DNA of 64,000 nt from Candidatus Limnocylindria bacterium (lineage in GTDB: Bacteria > Verrucomicrobiota > Verrucomicrobiia > Limisphaerales > UBA9464): positions 5,723-69,722 of the forward strand of contig DATJII010000287.1 in assembly GCA_035493435.1 (NCBI GenBank), in the 5' to 3' direction. The notes beneath the pieces were generated by a model that did no database searches, was not told the DNA's origin, and saw nothing but the letters and a program-made list of their open reading frames with translations. A program made the position numbers and the translations under genes. Below are positions 38,333-47,679 of this stretch, piece by piece (position 1 is the first letter of the stretch; every line of letters begins with the position of its first letter).

Positions 38333-40015
38333 ATGAATTCACGCAACCTTTGGCCAGCCCTAGCCATAGTGCTGGCCACCCACTCCGCAAAAGCCGCCCT
38401 TTCCCTAACCGGCAAAGAGGTTTGGTTTGGCACTCCCACGAGCACCAACCTTACAGGAACACTGGCTGACCCCTTCGATCGAACACAATTCCAGTCTATA
38501 ATGAACGGGGCGTGCATTTCAAATGCATCGTGCTCGATAAGTTCAAACATGACTGTGCATCTCCTTCCTGGGACCTACAGTATTGCTTGGAACACCAATA
38601 GTGGAATCCTTCTCCCTCAAGGAGTTCGCTTGATCGGCAGTTGCCCGACCAACACCTTTGTTCAACTCTCAGGCGCAACAAATAGCTCCGCGGCATTTTA
38701 TGTTCTCGCTTCGACCACCGACAATCCGAGCGTCCATATCTCAGACCTGACAATCGACTGCAATTACGGCGCTTCTGGAGTAACCGCTGCTTCAATAGCG
38801 GGCCTCAATGTCAACTCATCGGCCGGCACCATTGAGCGCGTTCGAGTACTCAACTATGGTGCGAGCAACGGAGATGTCTCCATCATCAATTGGATGCCGA
38901 CGTCGGCCGGCACCGGCGCGTTCACCATCCAAGACTGCCGAATCGAGGGCGCAGTTAAAGGTGGCGGAGGCAGCACGGTTGGTGAGGGGATTGTAATCTG
39001 GGGCAATAGCAGCAGTGCCGCCACGCAACGAACAAACGTGAACGTCATTGTCCGCAACAACCATATCAGCAATATCGGTGCGGGATACGGAATCGACATT
39101 GTTTACGGCGCCAACAACGTGCTGGTCGATGGCAATGTGATTGTTGGGGTTTCCAAGGGCATATCGGCCGATTGGGGAGCGGTAAATAACCTTCAAATAG
39201 CAAACAACATACTCGAAAACGTCGGCTTGGGCATCTCGGCCGGCCACCAGTCCTCGTCAAACACCAACATTGATGACGGCTTGCTGATTGCGAATAATCT
39301 CATAGAGGTCAACGGGAGTTTGCCGGCAATCGGCTCGTCTTACTTCCCGGGCGGCATAAGGCTTTCAGGCGGCGTGCGCAATGGGACGATCAAGAATAAC
39401 CTCGTCCAGGTCGCTGGGTCCGCCAGGTCAACCAACAATCCGAATTGGTATTCGCTGCTGGTCAACAGTCTCAATTCGAGTCTACCGAATACGAACATTG
39501 TGGTCATCGGAAATACGCTTTGCCCAACACTGGCAAAATATTTCGAACCCATCGACATCAGCTTCATGTCGGGCAACCATATGCTTGACGGCACTCAAAT
39601 CGATCCCTTTGCTTCCTATACAGCCGCCATCCCCGACACCACCAACACCATCACGCTTGATGGCACTCCATCCTTGCACCAATGGGTGCCCACGATCTGG
39701 GTCGCCTGCGCCGCAAGCTGGAGCGCGATGAGTGGCCAGAAAGTCGTCCATATTCCCGATCCCTATTACTACCAGGGGAAGACGTTCAACCTTTTCCTGT
39801 ACAAGAGCCCGACTGCCGCGACCAATTCGATCGCCCTGCAGGCGGACAGCAATGGATGGGGGGGCAGCTACACCAACCAGGTCATTATCGAGCCAAAAAC
39901 CGGTGGGGTTGCAGCCGTCGGGAGTCCTTACTCTGTATATGGATCCGGCAGTTCCTGGCTGATACTGCCGGTGCGCGTTACATCCATCGGGGGGAGCTGG
40001 ATGTTGGAAAAATAG
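38333..40015 (+). CDS. Secreted right-handed parallel beta-helix (pectate-lyase-fold) protein with an unassigned C-terminal domain
   Basis: It has a signal peptide. Motifs: TVHLLPGTYSI, ISDLTIDCN, TIERVRVLNYG and IVRNNHISN, together with repeated N/G/I-rich coils. It is about 35-40% identical by eye to the next gene. Confidence 0.7.
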   Translation: MNSRNLWPALAIVLATHSAKAALSLTGKEVWFGTPTSTNLTGTLADPFDRTQFQSIMNGACISNASCSISSNMTVHLLPGTYSIAWNTNSGILLPQGVRLIGSCPTNTFVQLSGATNSSAAFYVLASTTDNPSVHISDLTIDCNYGASGVTAASIAGLNVNSSAGTIERVRVLNYGASNGDVSIINWMPTSAGTGAFTIQDCRIEGAVKGGGGSTVGEGIVIWGNSSSAATQRTNVNVIVRNNHISNIGAGYGIDIVYGANNVLVDGNVIVGVSKGISADWGAVNNLQIANNILENVGLGISAGHQSSSNTNIDDGLLIANNLIEVNGSLPAIGSSYFPGGIRLSGGVRNGTIKNNLVQVAGSARSTNNPNWYSLLVNSLNSSLPNTNIVVIGNTLCPTLAKYFEPIDISFMSGNHMLDGTQIDPFASYTAAIPDTTNTITLDGTPSLHQWVPTIWVACAASWSAMSGQKVVHIPDPYYYQGKTFNLFLYKSPTAATNSIALQADSNGWGGSYTNQVIIEPKTGGVAAVGSPYSVYGSGSSWLILPVRVTSIGGSWMLEK

Positions 40016-40070
40016 GGAGGAGTATGACGTCAAAACTAACCCTAGTGCGCCAACCAACCCATCACATAGT

Positions 40071-41840
40071 ATGAAATGTTATAGCACGATAGTGGCATTT
40101 CTCCTGCTTTGCGGGATCTCTATTGGCGCTCCCCTTGACCTTTCCAATAAAGAGGTCTGGGTGGGCACAAACTCGGCGGGCCACCATCCGGGCGCGGGCA
40201 CACCTGATGATCCGTTCGCCATTGATAACTTCCGTTGGTTGATACAGGGCATGTGGAATGGAAATGGCACGTTCGCCCAATCCACAAATACCACGCTCCA
40301 CTTGCTTCCGGGAGTATATAATATTGATTATACGGGAGGTTCGACCATGATGTCGATTCCCGATGGAATCCGGATCGTTGGCAGCGGGATGAGCAACACT
40401 ATCGTAACGCAGTCGGCATACTCTGCCGGCACAAACAACGATCTTTCAGTTTTTCATAATTCCGATCCGCGTTCCAGTTTCTATATATCAGATCTCACGA
40501 TCGACTGCGGGTGGCCGACCCTCGCGGGTTCGGTGAAGAAGGCTGGTGCCATAGACGTCTCGTCATCCGATGTCACGATCGAACGCGTTAGGGCCATAAA
40601 CTTTGGCAGCGCCGGGCTCCCCCCTGCAATCGACCCTGGCCAGGCCAGCGCGGAGTGTTTCGTGATCAGTGCGGCGACACCCACCAACAGCGGGGGCTCC
40701 ATAACAATTCAGAATTGCATAGTCGAGGGCGCTCATCAGGGTGGGGCTTATGGTTATGCATCGTGCATCAAAGGGTGCTCCATCCCGGGCTCGATTGCAC
40801 AGACCAATTCCAATATTATCATTAGAAACAATCATGTCGTAGGCACGATTAGATCTGTCGCGTTGCAGTTTGCCGGCGCCAATGTTTTGATTGAAGGCAA
40901 TGAGGTCTCGGGGGCCATTCAGGGAATCAACCAGGATACTTGGGGGGGCAAATGCGTTTCGATCATAAATAACAAATTTGTGGATGTCGGACTCGGAATT
41001 GGAATGGGAACAACATACAATCAAGGAAATATAAGCACGAATTGGGTGATGCCTTTTGAATCGGTTCTTATCACTGACAACTCGATTCTACTCAGCGATT
41101 TTTATATTCTGAACAGCGCTGGTGGAAGTTACGCCGGTGGCTACTATCTTCCAACCGGATTCCGATTTGGGGGCAATGTGCAGAACCTTCTGGTAGCGAA
41201 TAATTCCGTCCGAATCATGCCTGATTTGAGGGGTGCGACCAACTCTTCCTGGTATTTTGTGGATATAGCTGATTTCGTTTCGGGTTACACCAATTCCAAC
41301 ATCTCGTTGACGGGAAACTCCATCGAACCGGGCATGCAGTCCTTTTTTGACAGTGTCCACCTGGGTGACGACCGAAGAGCCATGGTCTACGAAAACGACA
41401 ATCATTACTTCGACGGGACCGCCGTTTCATTGTTTCCGTATTTTGGTTACACTTTTTCCGATGGCCTCACTGACTACACTATAAGTCCCGCGCCCGGGGA
41501 TCATGAGTTCACGCCTTCCATTCGGTTTTCGCTGCCAACGAGTTCCGGCGCGGCCACCGGAACGCGCGTTGTGCATCTTCCGGACCCCGCGGCGTACTCG
41601 GGCAGGAGCTATAAGATCATCTTCAACAAGATTGCCACTACTGCGAATGTTGGATTTGCGATCCAGGCTGATGCCAACGGTTGGGGTGGGGCCTTTACCA
41701 ACCAGGTCATCATTGATATTCCCACGGGTACCACCAAGGCAATCGGCAGTCCTCTTACCTTGTACTCACCCGGCACCGCGGCGGTAACCAACGTAGTGAC
41801 CATTACCAGCATCGGAGGTGGGTGGATGGTGCAACGGTAG
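40071..41840 (+). CDS. Secreted right-handed parallel beta-helix protein, tandem paralog of 38333..40015
   Basis: It has a signal peptide. Motifs: TLHLLPGVYNI, ISDLTIDCG, TIERVRAINFG and IIRNNHVVG. The shared C-terminal block contains VVHLPDP...IQADANGWGGAFTNQVII...ITSIGGGWM. Confidence 0.7.
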   Translation: MKCYSTIVAFLLLCGISIGAPLDLSNKEVWVGTNSAGHHPGAGTPDDPFAIDNFRWLIQGMWNGNGTFAQSTNTTLHLLPGVYNIDYTGGSTMMSIPDGIRIVGSGMSNTIVTQSAYSAGTNNDLSVFHNSDPRSSFYISDLTIDCGWPTLAGSVKKAGAIDVSSSDVTIERVRAINFGSAGLPPAIDPGQASAECFVISAATPTNSGGSITIQNCIVEGAHQGGAYGYASCIKGCSIPGSIAQTNSNIIIRNNHVVGTIRSVALQFAGANVLIEGNEVSGAIQGINQDTWGGKCVSIINNKFVDVGLGIGMGTTYNQGNISTNWVMPFESVLITDNSILLSDFYILNSAGGSYAGGYYLPTGFRFGGNVQNLLVANNSVRIMPDLRGATNSSWYFVDIADFVSGYTNSNISLTGNSIEPGMQSFFDSVHLGDDRRAMVYENDNHYFDGTAVSLFPYFGYTFSDGLTDYTISPAPGDHEFTPSIRFSLPTSSGAATGTRVVHLPDPAAYSGRSYKIIFNKIATTANVGFAIQADANGWGGAFTNQVIIDIPTGTTKAIGSPLTLYSPGTAAVTNVVTITSIGGGWMVQR

Positions 41841-41869
41841 GTGTCGTCGGACTCTTTTGCCTCGTTTGG

Positions 41870-41899
41870 CGGGCCTGATTCTGTTTGGAATCAGGCCCG
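41870..41899 (+). terminator. Intrinsic-terminator-like hairpin between convergent genes
   Basis: A perfect 12 bp stem (cGGGCCTGATTC / GAATCAGGCCCg) has a 6 nt loop (TGTTTG). It is followed by GTTTGCCTT. It lies between the beta-helix gene stop (41840) and the pdxA stop (41906). Confidence 0.55.
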
Positions 41900-41905
41900 T
41901 TTGCC

Positions 41906-42919
41906 TTATGCCATCAGAATCATGGACTTATTCCGGGCGAGGCGTATCGCAAGGCGCATCGCGCATTCCATACTGCTGGGGTTGGCGATGTCACGGCCGG
42001 CTATGTCATAAGCAGTTCCGTGGTCGGGCGAGGTCCGGATAATGGGGAGCCCCAGAGTCCAATTAATACCCGTGTCGAAGGCCACCGTCTTGAGCGGCGC
42101 CAGGCCTTGGTCGTGATACATGGCGACGACTGCATCGTAGTCGCCTTTTAATGCCTGGTAGAAAATCGTATCGCCGGGAATCGGACCGCTGGCATTCGCT
42201 CCTCGGGAACGAGCCAGCACAATTCCAGGCTGGACCACTGACGCTTCCTCGCAACCCATCGTTCCGCCTTCACCAGCGTGCGGATTCAAGCCGCACACCC
42301 CGACCCGACGTGAGGGCAGATCCAGCAAACGACACGCGAGATCGGCCAATTCAATGGCATCGGCAATCACTTCTGGATTTAGCGCGGACGGCACCCGTGA
42401 GAGAGGTATATGGGTTGTTGCCAAGGCCACCCGCAGCCAGCGATTTCGTGCGTCGTGACCCAGGAGCATCATGGCGAACTTCTTCGTGCCGCAGAGTTGC
42501 GCCAGGAATTCGGTCTGGCCAACGAAGGGAATACCCGCTTTGACGATGGCTTCCTTGTTGACTGGGGCCGTCACCAAAGCATCCACGTTTCCCGCGATAG
42601 CGGCACAACCGCCGTCACGCAAAGCGGCCACGGCAGCCCGGGCCGCAATGGGACCTCCTGCCGCGACGGGTTCGTTAACTAACTCTGACGCCTGGATTGA
42701 TCCCAGAGCCACCCAATTCACTACTGAATCGGGCTCTCGTGGAATGTGAAAACGAGCCAGCGCGGCGACATCGGCGGCAATTCGAGGTTCACCATAGATG
42801 ACAAATCGAACCCCTTCGCCGGGACCAATTGCCTGGATCGCCTTGAACGTGACCTCCGGCCCGATCCCGGCGGGATCACCCAAGGAAATGCCGATGACGA
42901 TGGGAGTGCTCATCCCCAA
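41906..42919 (-). CDS. pdxA: 4-hydroxythreonine-4-phosphate dehydrogenase
   Basis: Motifs: GDPAGIGPEV, VTAPVNKEA, ATTHIPL, GLNPHAGEGG, MYHDQGL and IIRTSPDHGTAYDIAG. Confidence 0.9.
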   Translation of the reverse strand: MGMSTPIVIGISLGDPAGIGPEVTFKAIQAIGPGEGVRFVIYGEPRIAADVAALARFHIPREPDSVVNWVALGSIQASELVNEPVAAGGPIAARAAVAALRDGGCAAIAGNVDALVTAPVNKEAIVKAGIPFVGQTEFLAQLCGTKKFAMMLLGHDARNRWLRVALATTHIPLSRVPSALNPEVIADAIELADLACRLLDLPSRRVGVCGLNPHAGEGGTMGCEEASVVQPGIVLARSRGANASGPIPGDTIFYQALKGDYDAVVAMYHDQGLAPLKTVAFDTGINWTLGLPIIRTSPDHGTAYDIAGRDIANPSSMECAMRLAIRLARNKSMILMA

Positions 42920-42948
42920 GCTTCCGGAGACTGCCCCGCACCGACCAT

Positions 42949-43923
42949 TTAGAAGTAACGGATAAACGCCTTTTTGCGGAGGCGCTTGATCCAGGCGTCT
43001 TCCAGGCGCTTGCGTTCCGCGTCCTTGAGCTTGGATTCGATGTCGACGCGGGCTTCGTTCAACGTCTTGGTTTCCTCCGGGCGGCGTTCTTCCACCTTCA
43101 AAAGAAAGACGGTTCCACCAATATTAGCCGTCTCGATGCCGCCCGGGCTCATCTTGAAAATAATATCGCGCAGCTCCTTGCGCAGGTCCGCGTCCTTGTT
43201 CTCAATCCAGCCGCGATCACCGCCCTTGGCGCTCTTGTTATAGTCCGAGAACTCGTCTGCCAGCTTGGCAAAATCCTCGCCCTTTTTCAGCCGTTCCAAC
43301 AGTTCCTTGCCCAATTTCTCGGGTTCCCCGATGGCATGCTTGGAGCGGTCCACCACAATCATGCGCAATTTGACCCGGTCGCCCACGTGGAACTCCGGCA
43401 GATTTTCCTTATAATACTTCTCGATCTTCTTCGGTGAGATCACCACTTCTTCACTGATGTTCTTCCGCGACATCTGGTAAACCACGATCGACTCGTATTC
43501 CTCGCGGCGGAAGTCCTCAAAGGTCTTATTTTCCTCACGCAACGTCCGGGCGAACACAATGCGATCGCCGCCGAAGTCGCGGCGAATGCGGTCCCGAACC
43601 AACTCATCGACCGCGCTATCGGGCATGACATAGCCCTTGGTCTTGAACTCATCGACAATCAAGCGCCGGTCGATCAAGCGATCCAGCGTATCCTCGATGA
43701 TCTTGTTGGCCGTGCGATTGAACTCGTCGTCAGTCCGGGCCGTGCGTTGCGCGGCGGTGATTTCTGCGCGGGAGATGGCCATGACGCGGTCCCGGCTAAT
43801 CACGGTGTCGTTAACGATCGCGGAAATGCCATTGAGGTGCGTTTGCACCGGATCGGCCGCGAAGGCCGAGGCAAACGACACCAGAAATACTGCCAGCCAA
43901 GGTGCCGGGATAAGCCGTCTCAT
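42949..43923 (-). CDS. SurA-like periplasmic chaperone / parvulin-type peptidyl-prolyl isomerase
   Basis: It has a signal peptide, a SurA_N-like helical region and one parvulin domain (GGDRGWIENKD...TVFLLKVEERR). It is adjacent to pdxA, as in the classical surA-pdxA arrangement. Confidence 0.8.
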   Translation of the reverse strand: MRRLIPAPWLAVFLVSFASAFAADPVQTHLNGISAIVNDTVISRDRVMAISRAEITAAQRTARTDDEFNRTANKIIEDTLDRLIDRRLIVDEFKTKGYVMPDSAVDELVRDRIRRDFGGDRIVFARTLREENKTFEDFRREEYESIVVYQMSRKNISEEVVISPKKIEKYYKENLPEFHVGDRVKLRMIVVDRSKHAIGEPEKLGKELLERLKKGEDFAKLADEFSDYNKSAKGGDRGWIENKDADLRKELRDIIFKMSPGGIETANIGGTVFLLKVEERRPEETKTLNEARVDIESKLKDAERKRLEDAWIKRLRKKAFIRYF

Positions 43924-44039
43924 TGCCCGCCACGGTAGAAAGCCCAAGCGAAACGGTCAAGGAAGGGTGGTGACGGTCGCACGAATGCCAATTCGAAATC
44001 GCGATTGATCAATCGGCCAACCACTTCCAATGTGTCCCC

Positions 44040-47000
44040 ATGTCCACATTGCAGTACCGGTTCTGGTCCGGAACGAGTTGCGCTTTGGCGTTGATGGGTT
44101 CGGTTCTCGGAGCGGATATCGACGCGCCGAAATCGTCGACGGACGCTGGCACCAATCGCTTCCATCCCTTGGTCAAGGCCGACCGGTTACCCGCACCCGA
44201 TCCGGCGACTGCCTCCCGTGAAGGGGAAGCACGTATCAAGCAGTTCCGCGTTGTTCCAGGCGCCAAAATCGACCTTTTCGCCTCCGAACCGATGCTCGCC
44301 AACCCGGTCGCCTTCAGTGTCGACGAGAAGGGGCGGGTGTGGACCAGCGAGACGTACCGCTACCGTTCCAGCGTGCTGGATATCCGGTACTACATGTTCA
44401 TGCTGGAAGACGACCTCGACAACCGAACCATCGACGACCGTCTGGCCCAGATTCGTCGTCAATTTGGGCCCGAAGGCGAAAAGAACCTGTCGCTGGAAAC
44501 GGAAGCCATTCATCTGGTGGAAGATACCAATGGAGACGGAAAGGCAGACAAGTCGACTCTGGTACTGGACGGCCTGAACTCCCCGCTCGATGGCATCGCC
44601 AGCGGCGTGCTTGCTCGCAACGGGCGAGTCTGGTTCACCGATATTCCCAGCCTTTGGAAACTAAACCCAGCCGACTCAAAGAACCGGCCGATCAAGGACC
44701 TTCCCACGCCCACCGACCCGGCCCTGATTTCGCATCCCAAAGCGCACCTGGACGGCTACCAAGTCACCGAGTTACTGCGGGGATTCGGTATTCGCTTTTC
44801 GTTTACGGGGCATGACCTGCACGGATTGAAATTCGGCCCTGATGGACGCCTGTACTTCAGTTGCGGAGACCGCGGGACGCACGTGGTTAATCGCGAAAAC
44901 CAAGTCGTCCAGGCCGAGGACGAGGGCGCGGTTTTTCGGTGCGAGCCCGACGGTTCGAATTTCGAACGCTACTCACGGGGTTTGCGGAATCCCCAGGAAC
45001 TGGCCTTTGACGAGTACGGAAACCTGTTCACCGGGGACAACGATTCCGACCAAGGCGACCGGGAACGCTGGGTCTTCGTGGTGGAGGGCGCCGACAGTGG
45101 TTGGCGGGTGGGATACCAGCACGCTCCCCTTGGAAATGCCGGGCCGTGGAACATGGAGCGCCTGTGGGCACCGCAATTCGAAGGCCAGGCCGCCTACCTC
45201 ATGCCACCGCTGGCCAATATCGGCGACGGCCCCAGCGGGCTGGTTTATAACTATGGCACCGGCCTTCCGGCCAGCCTCGACCATCGTTTCTTCCTCGCCT
45301 ACTTCAAAGGCACCAGTTCCAAGAGCGGGGTCTACACCCTTGGCAACAAGGCCCGGGGAGCCGGGTTTGAATTGATTGCCCACGACGAATTCCTTTGGAA
45401 CGCCCTGGTTCCCGACGTCGACTTGGGGCCAGATGGAGCCGTGTGGTTCGCCGACTGGCACGAAGGCTGGCCGAAAAGCAGCAAGGGACGCCTCTATCGA
45501 GTGAGCTTCGCCGAAACCGCAGCGTCTGCGGCCAAAGAAACCTCCAACTTGCTGGCCGCTGGATTCGCCGCCCTGAGTGAACCGCAATTGACCGGGCTTC
45601 TCGGCCATCGCGATATGCGCGTCCGCCAGGAATCCCAATTTGAATTGGCTTCGCGCGGGCTGTCCTCGGTCGGCGCTTTGGAGAAGTCCGCGCAATCCGG
45701 CGATAAATTTGCCCGTATCCACGCCATTTGGGGCTTGGGACAAATCGGGCGGGCAGCCAACGGCACAGACTCGACCCGCGTGTTTGGCCTGCTGTCTTCC
45801 TTCTTGAACGATTCCGAACCCGAAATTCGAGCCCAGGCCGCGAAGACTCTGGGCGATAGCAAGTGGGTTGGCGCATTGGACAGGCTGGCTGATCGCTTTA
45901 CCGACCCGGAAGCGCGAGTGCGCTATTTCGCGTTGATGTCCCATACCCGAGTTCGCGCGGCGGCGCGCGGCGCTCAAGCTCCGGCACCCCGGGTTTTCTC
46001 GGGGATCGAAGCCGCTGCCGCCAGTGGGGATTTGTGGTTGCAACACGCGGCCGCATTCGCCCTTGCGGACCTGCTAGGCAAAGCCAACGGGCATATGTCG
46101 GCTGCGGTCAGATCTCTTGCCTCCAGCGCGAACGCGAAGGTCCGCCAAGCCGCGATCGTCGCCCTACGCCGAGCCAGTCACGGTGATGTCGCCGAGTTTC
46201 TCCACGACACCCAGCCCCTGCTCGTACTCGAAGCAGCCCGGGCTATTAACGATGTGCCGATCACCGCCAGCCAGTCCGCGCTGGCAGCTCTCGGCGAGCC
46301 AAAGGAATTGGACGACCTGCTGCGAAAATTCTCGTCGGCACCCACCTCCTACCCCACACCAGAGTCTCTGCCCCGACCGGTCGGCACGGTGATTCGAGAC
46401 GTGCGAGCGGACCAGCCCCTGCCCTGGACTAACGCCCCGGTGGACCAGCTTTCGCCCATGCTCTTGCGCGTCGTCAACGCCAATTACCGACTTGGCACTT
46501 CCGAAGCCGCGACCCGGCTGGCACTGATCGCCCGACGCAACGATTTGAGCGAGTCCGTCCGTCGCGAAGCCGTCCAGGATCTTGCCGCCTGGGCCGTGCC
46601 CGCGCCTCGGGACCGGATCGTGGGAATCTACCGCCCCCTGGCTCCGCGTGATCCGGCAATAGCCCGCAAAGCCCTGGAACCAGCCCTTACCGACCTCTTG
46701 GGCAAAAGCCCCGCCTCCGTACAAATAGCCTCCGCCCAGGCGGCGGCCAAACTTCAGATCGGTAGTGCCACCGCTTCCCTGACGAGCCTGGTCCAGGACT
46801 TCAATGCGGCCGCCTTGGCCCGCGCTGCCGCGTTGCGGTCGCTGGCAGCACTCAAAGTCACTTCCCTTGAATCCCTCCTCAAGGCCGCGGCTGCCGACAC
46901 CCACGAAGAGCTCCGTCTGGAATCCTCGCGGCTGAATGCCGAACTGAACCCCAACGATGCGGCAGGCCAATTGCGTAATCGTATTGAATCTGGATCACTC

Positions 47001-47660
47001 GCCGAACAACAAGACGCCTACGCCACCCTGGGCACGCTGAAAAGCGATGCCGCAGACGCCATTCTCGCCGACGCACTCGACAAAATAATGAACCGGTCGC
47101 TGGCCGACGACCTGAAGCTCGACGTCGTGGAAGCCGCCCGCAAGCGTCAGGCTTCCGCAGTACAGAACCGGTTGAAACAGTACGAAGCCTGGCGGCTTCC
47201 CCAGGACCACCTCACTCCCTTTCGTGAAGCCCTCGTGGGCGGCGATGCCCAACGTGGAAAGAAAGTGTTTTATGAAAACGCCTCGATCGCCTGCGTCCGC
47301 TGTCACCGTATTGGCAACGACGGCGGCGGCAATGCCGGACCGGAGCTCACCGCCGTCGGAAGCCGTCAACAGCGTGAGTACCTGTTGGAAAGCATTGTTT
47401 TGCCCAACAAGCAAATCGCCCCGGGGTTTGAGACCACCGTTATCACTACGAAAACCGGCGCCCTCTATTCGGGCATCGTCAAAGGTGAAACTGAAACCGA
47501 AGTCACCCTGCTCTCCGCCGACGAGGGCGAATTGAAGCTAAAGAAATCCGACATCAAGCAGCGTGAAAAAGGACTCAGTGGCATGCCCGAAGGCATTCCT
47601 GACCTCATCAACAGGTTTGACCTGCGGGACCTGGTCGAATTCCTGGCCACCCAGAAATAA
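44040..47660 (+). CDS. PVC-type membrane-bound-dehydrogenase-domain / HEAT-repeat / CxxCH heme-binding protein (paralog of 34459..37548)
   Basis: Motifs: FRVVPGAKIDLFASEPMLANPVAFSVDEKGRVWTSE, HEAT-like repeats, and the C-terminal IACVRCHRIGNDGGGNAGPELT...GMPEG. Confidence 0.85.
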   Translation: MSTLQYRFWSGTSCALALMGSVLGADIDAPKSSTDAGTNRFHPLVKADRLPAPDPATASREGEARIKQFRVVPGAKIDLFASEPMLANPVAFSVDEKGRVWTSETYRYRSSVLDIRYYMFMLEDDLDNRTIDDRLAQIRRQFGPEGEKNLSLETEAIHLVEDTNGDGKADKSTLVLDGLNSPLDGIASGVLARNGRVWFTDIPSLWKLNPADSKNRPIKDLPTPTDPALISHPKAHLDGYQVTELLRGFGIRFSFTGHDLHGLKFGPDGRLYFSCGDRGTHVVNRENQVVQAEDEGAVFRCEPDGSNFERYSRGLRNPQELAFDEYGNLFTGDNDSDQGDRERWVFVVEGADSGWRVGYQHAPLGNAGPWNMERLWAPQFEGQAAYLMPPLANIGDGPSGLVYNYGTGLPASLDHRFFLAYFKGTSSKSGVYTLGNKARGAGFELIAHDEFLWNALVPDVDLGPDGAVWFADWHEGWPKSSKGRLYRVSFAETAASAAKETSNLLAAGFAALSEPQLTGLLGHRDMRVRQESQFELASRGLSSVGALEKSAQSGDKFARIHAIWGLGQIGRAANGTDSTRVFGLLSSFLNDSEPEIRAQAAKTLGDSKWVGALDRLADRFTDPEARVRYFALMSHTRVRAAARGAQAPAPRVFSGIEAAAASGDLWLQHAAAFALADLLGKANGHMSAAVRSLASSANAKVRQAAIVALRRASHGDVAEFLHDTQPLLVLEAARAINDVPITASQSALAALGEPKELDDLLRKFSSAPTSYPTPESLPRPVGTVIRDVRADQPLPWTNAPVDQLSPMLLRVVNANYRLGTSEAATRLALIARRNDLSESVRREAVQDLAAWAVPAPRDRIVGIYRPLAPRDPAIARKALEPALTDLLGKSPASVQIASAQAAAKLQIGSATASLTSLVQDFNAAALARAAALRSLAALKVTSLESLLKAAAADTHEELRLESSRLNAELNPNDAAGQLRNRIESGSLAEQQDAYATLGTLKSDAADAILADALDKIMNRSLADDLKLDVVEAARKRQASAVQNRLKQYEAWRLPQDHLTPFREALVGGDAQRGKKVFYENASIACVRCHRIGNDGGGNAGPELTAVGSRQQREYLLESIVLPNKQIAPGFETTVITTKTGALYSGIVKGETETEVTLLSADEGELKLKKSDIKQREKGLSGMPEGIPDLINRFDLRDLVEFLATQK

Positions 47661-47679
47661 GCGCCAGGCAAATCGAAAT

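Noticed and set aside
38333-41840. The tailspike-like beta-helix genes as evidence of a prophage or phage-tail-like particle.
   Set aside because: No capsid, terminase, portal, baseplate, sheath, integrase or lysis genes occur anywhere in the window. The flanks are host-typical genes.
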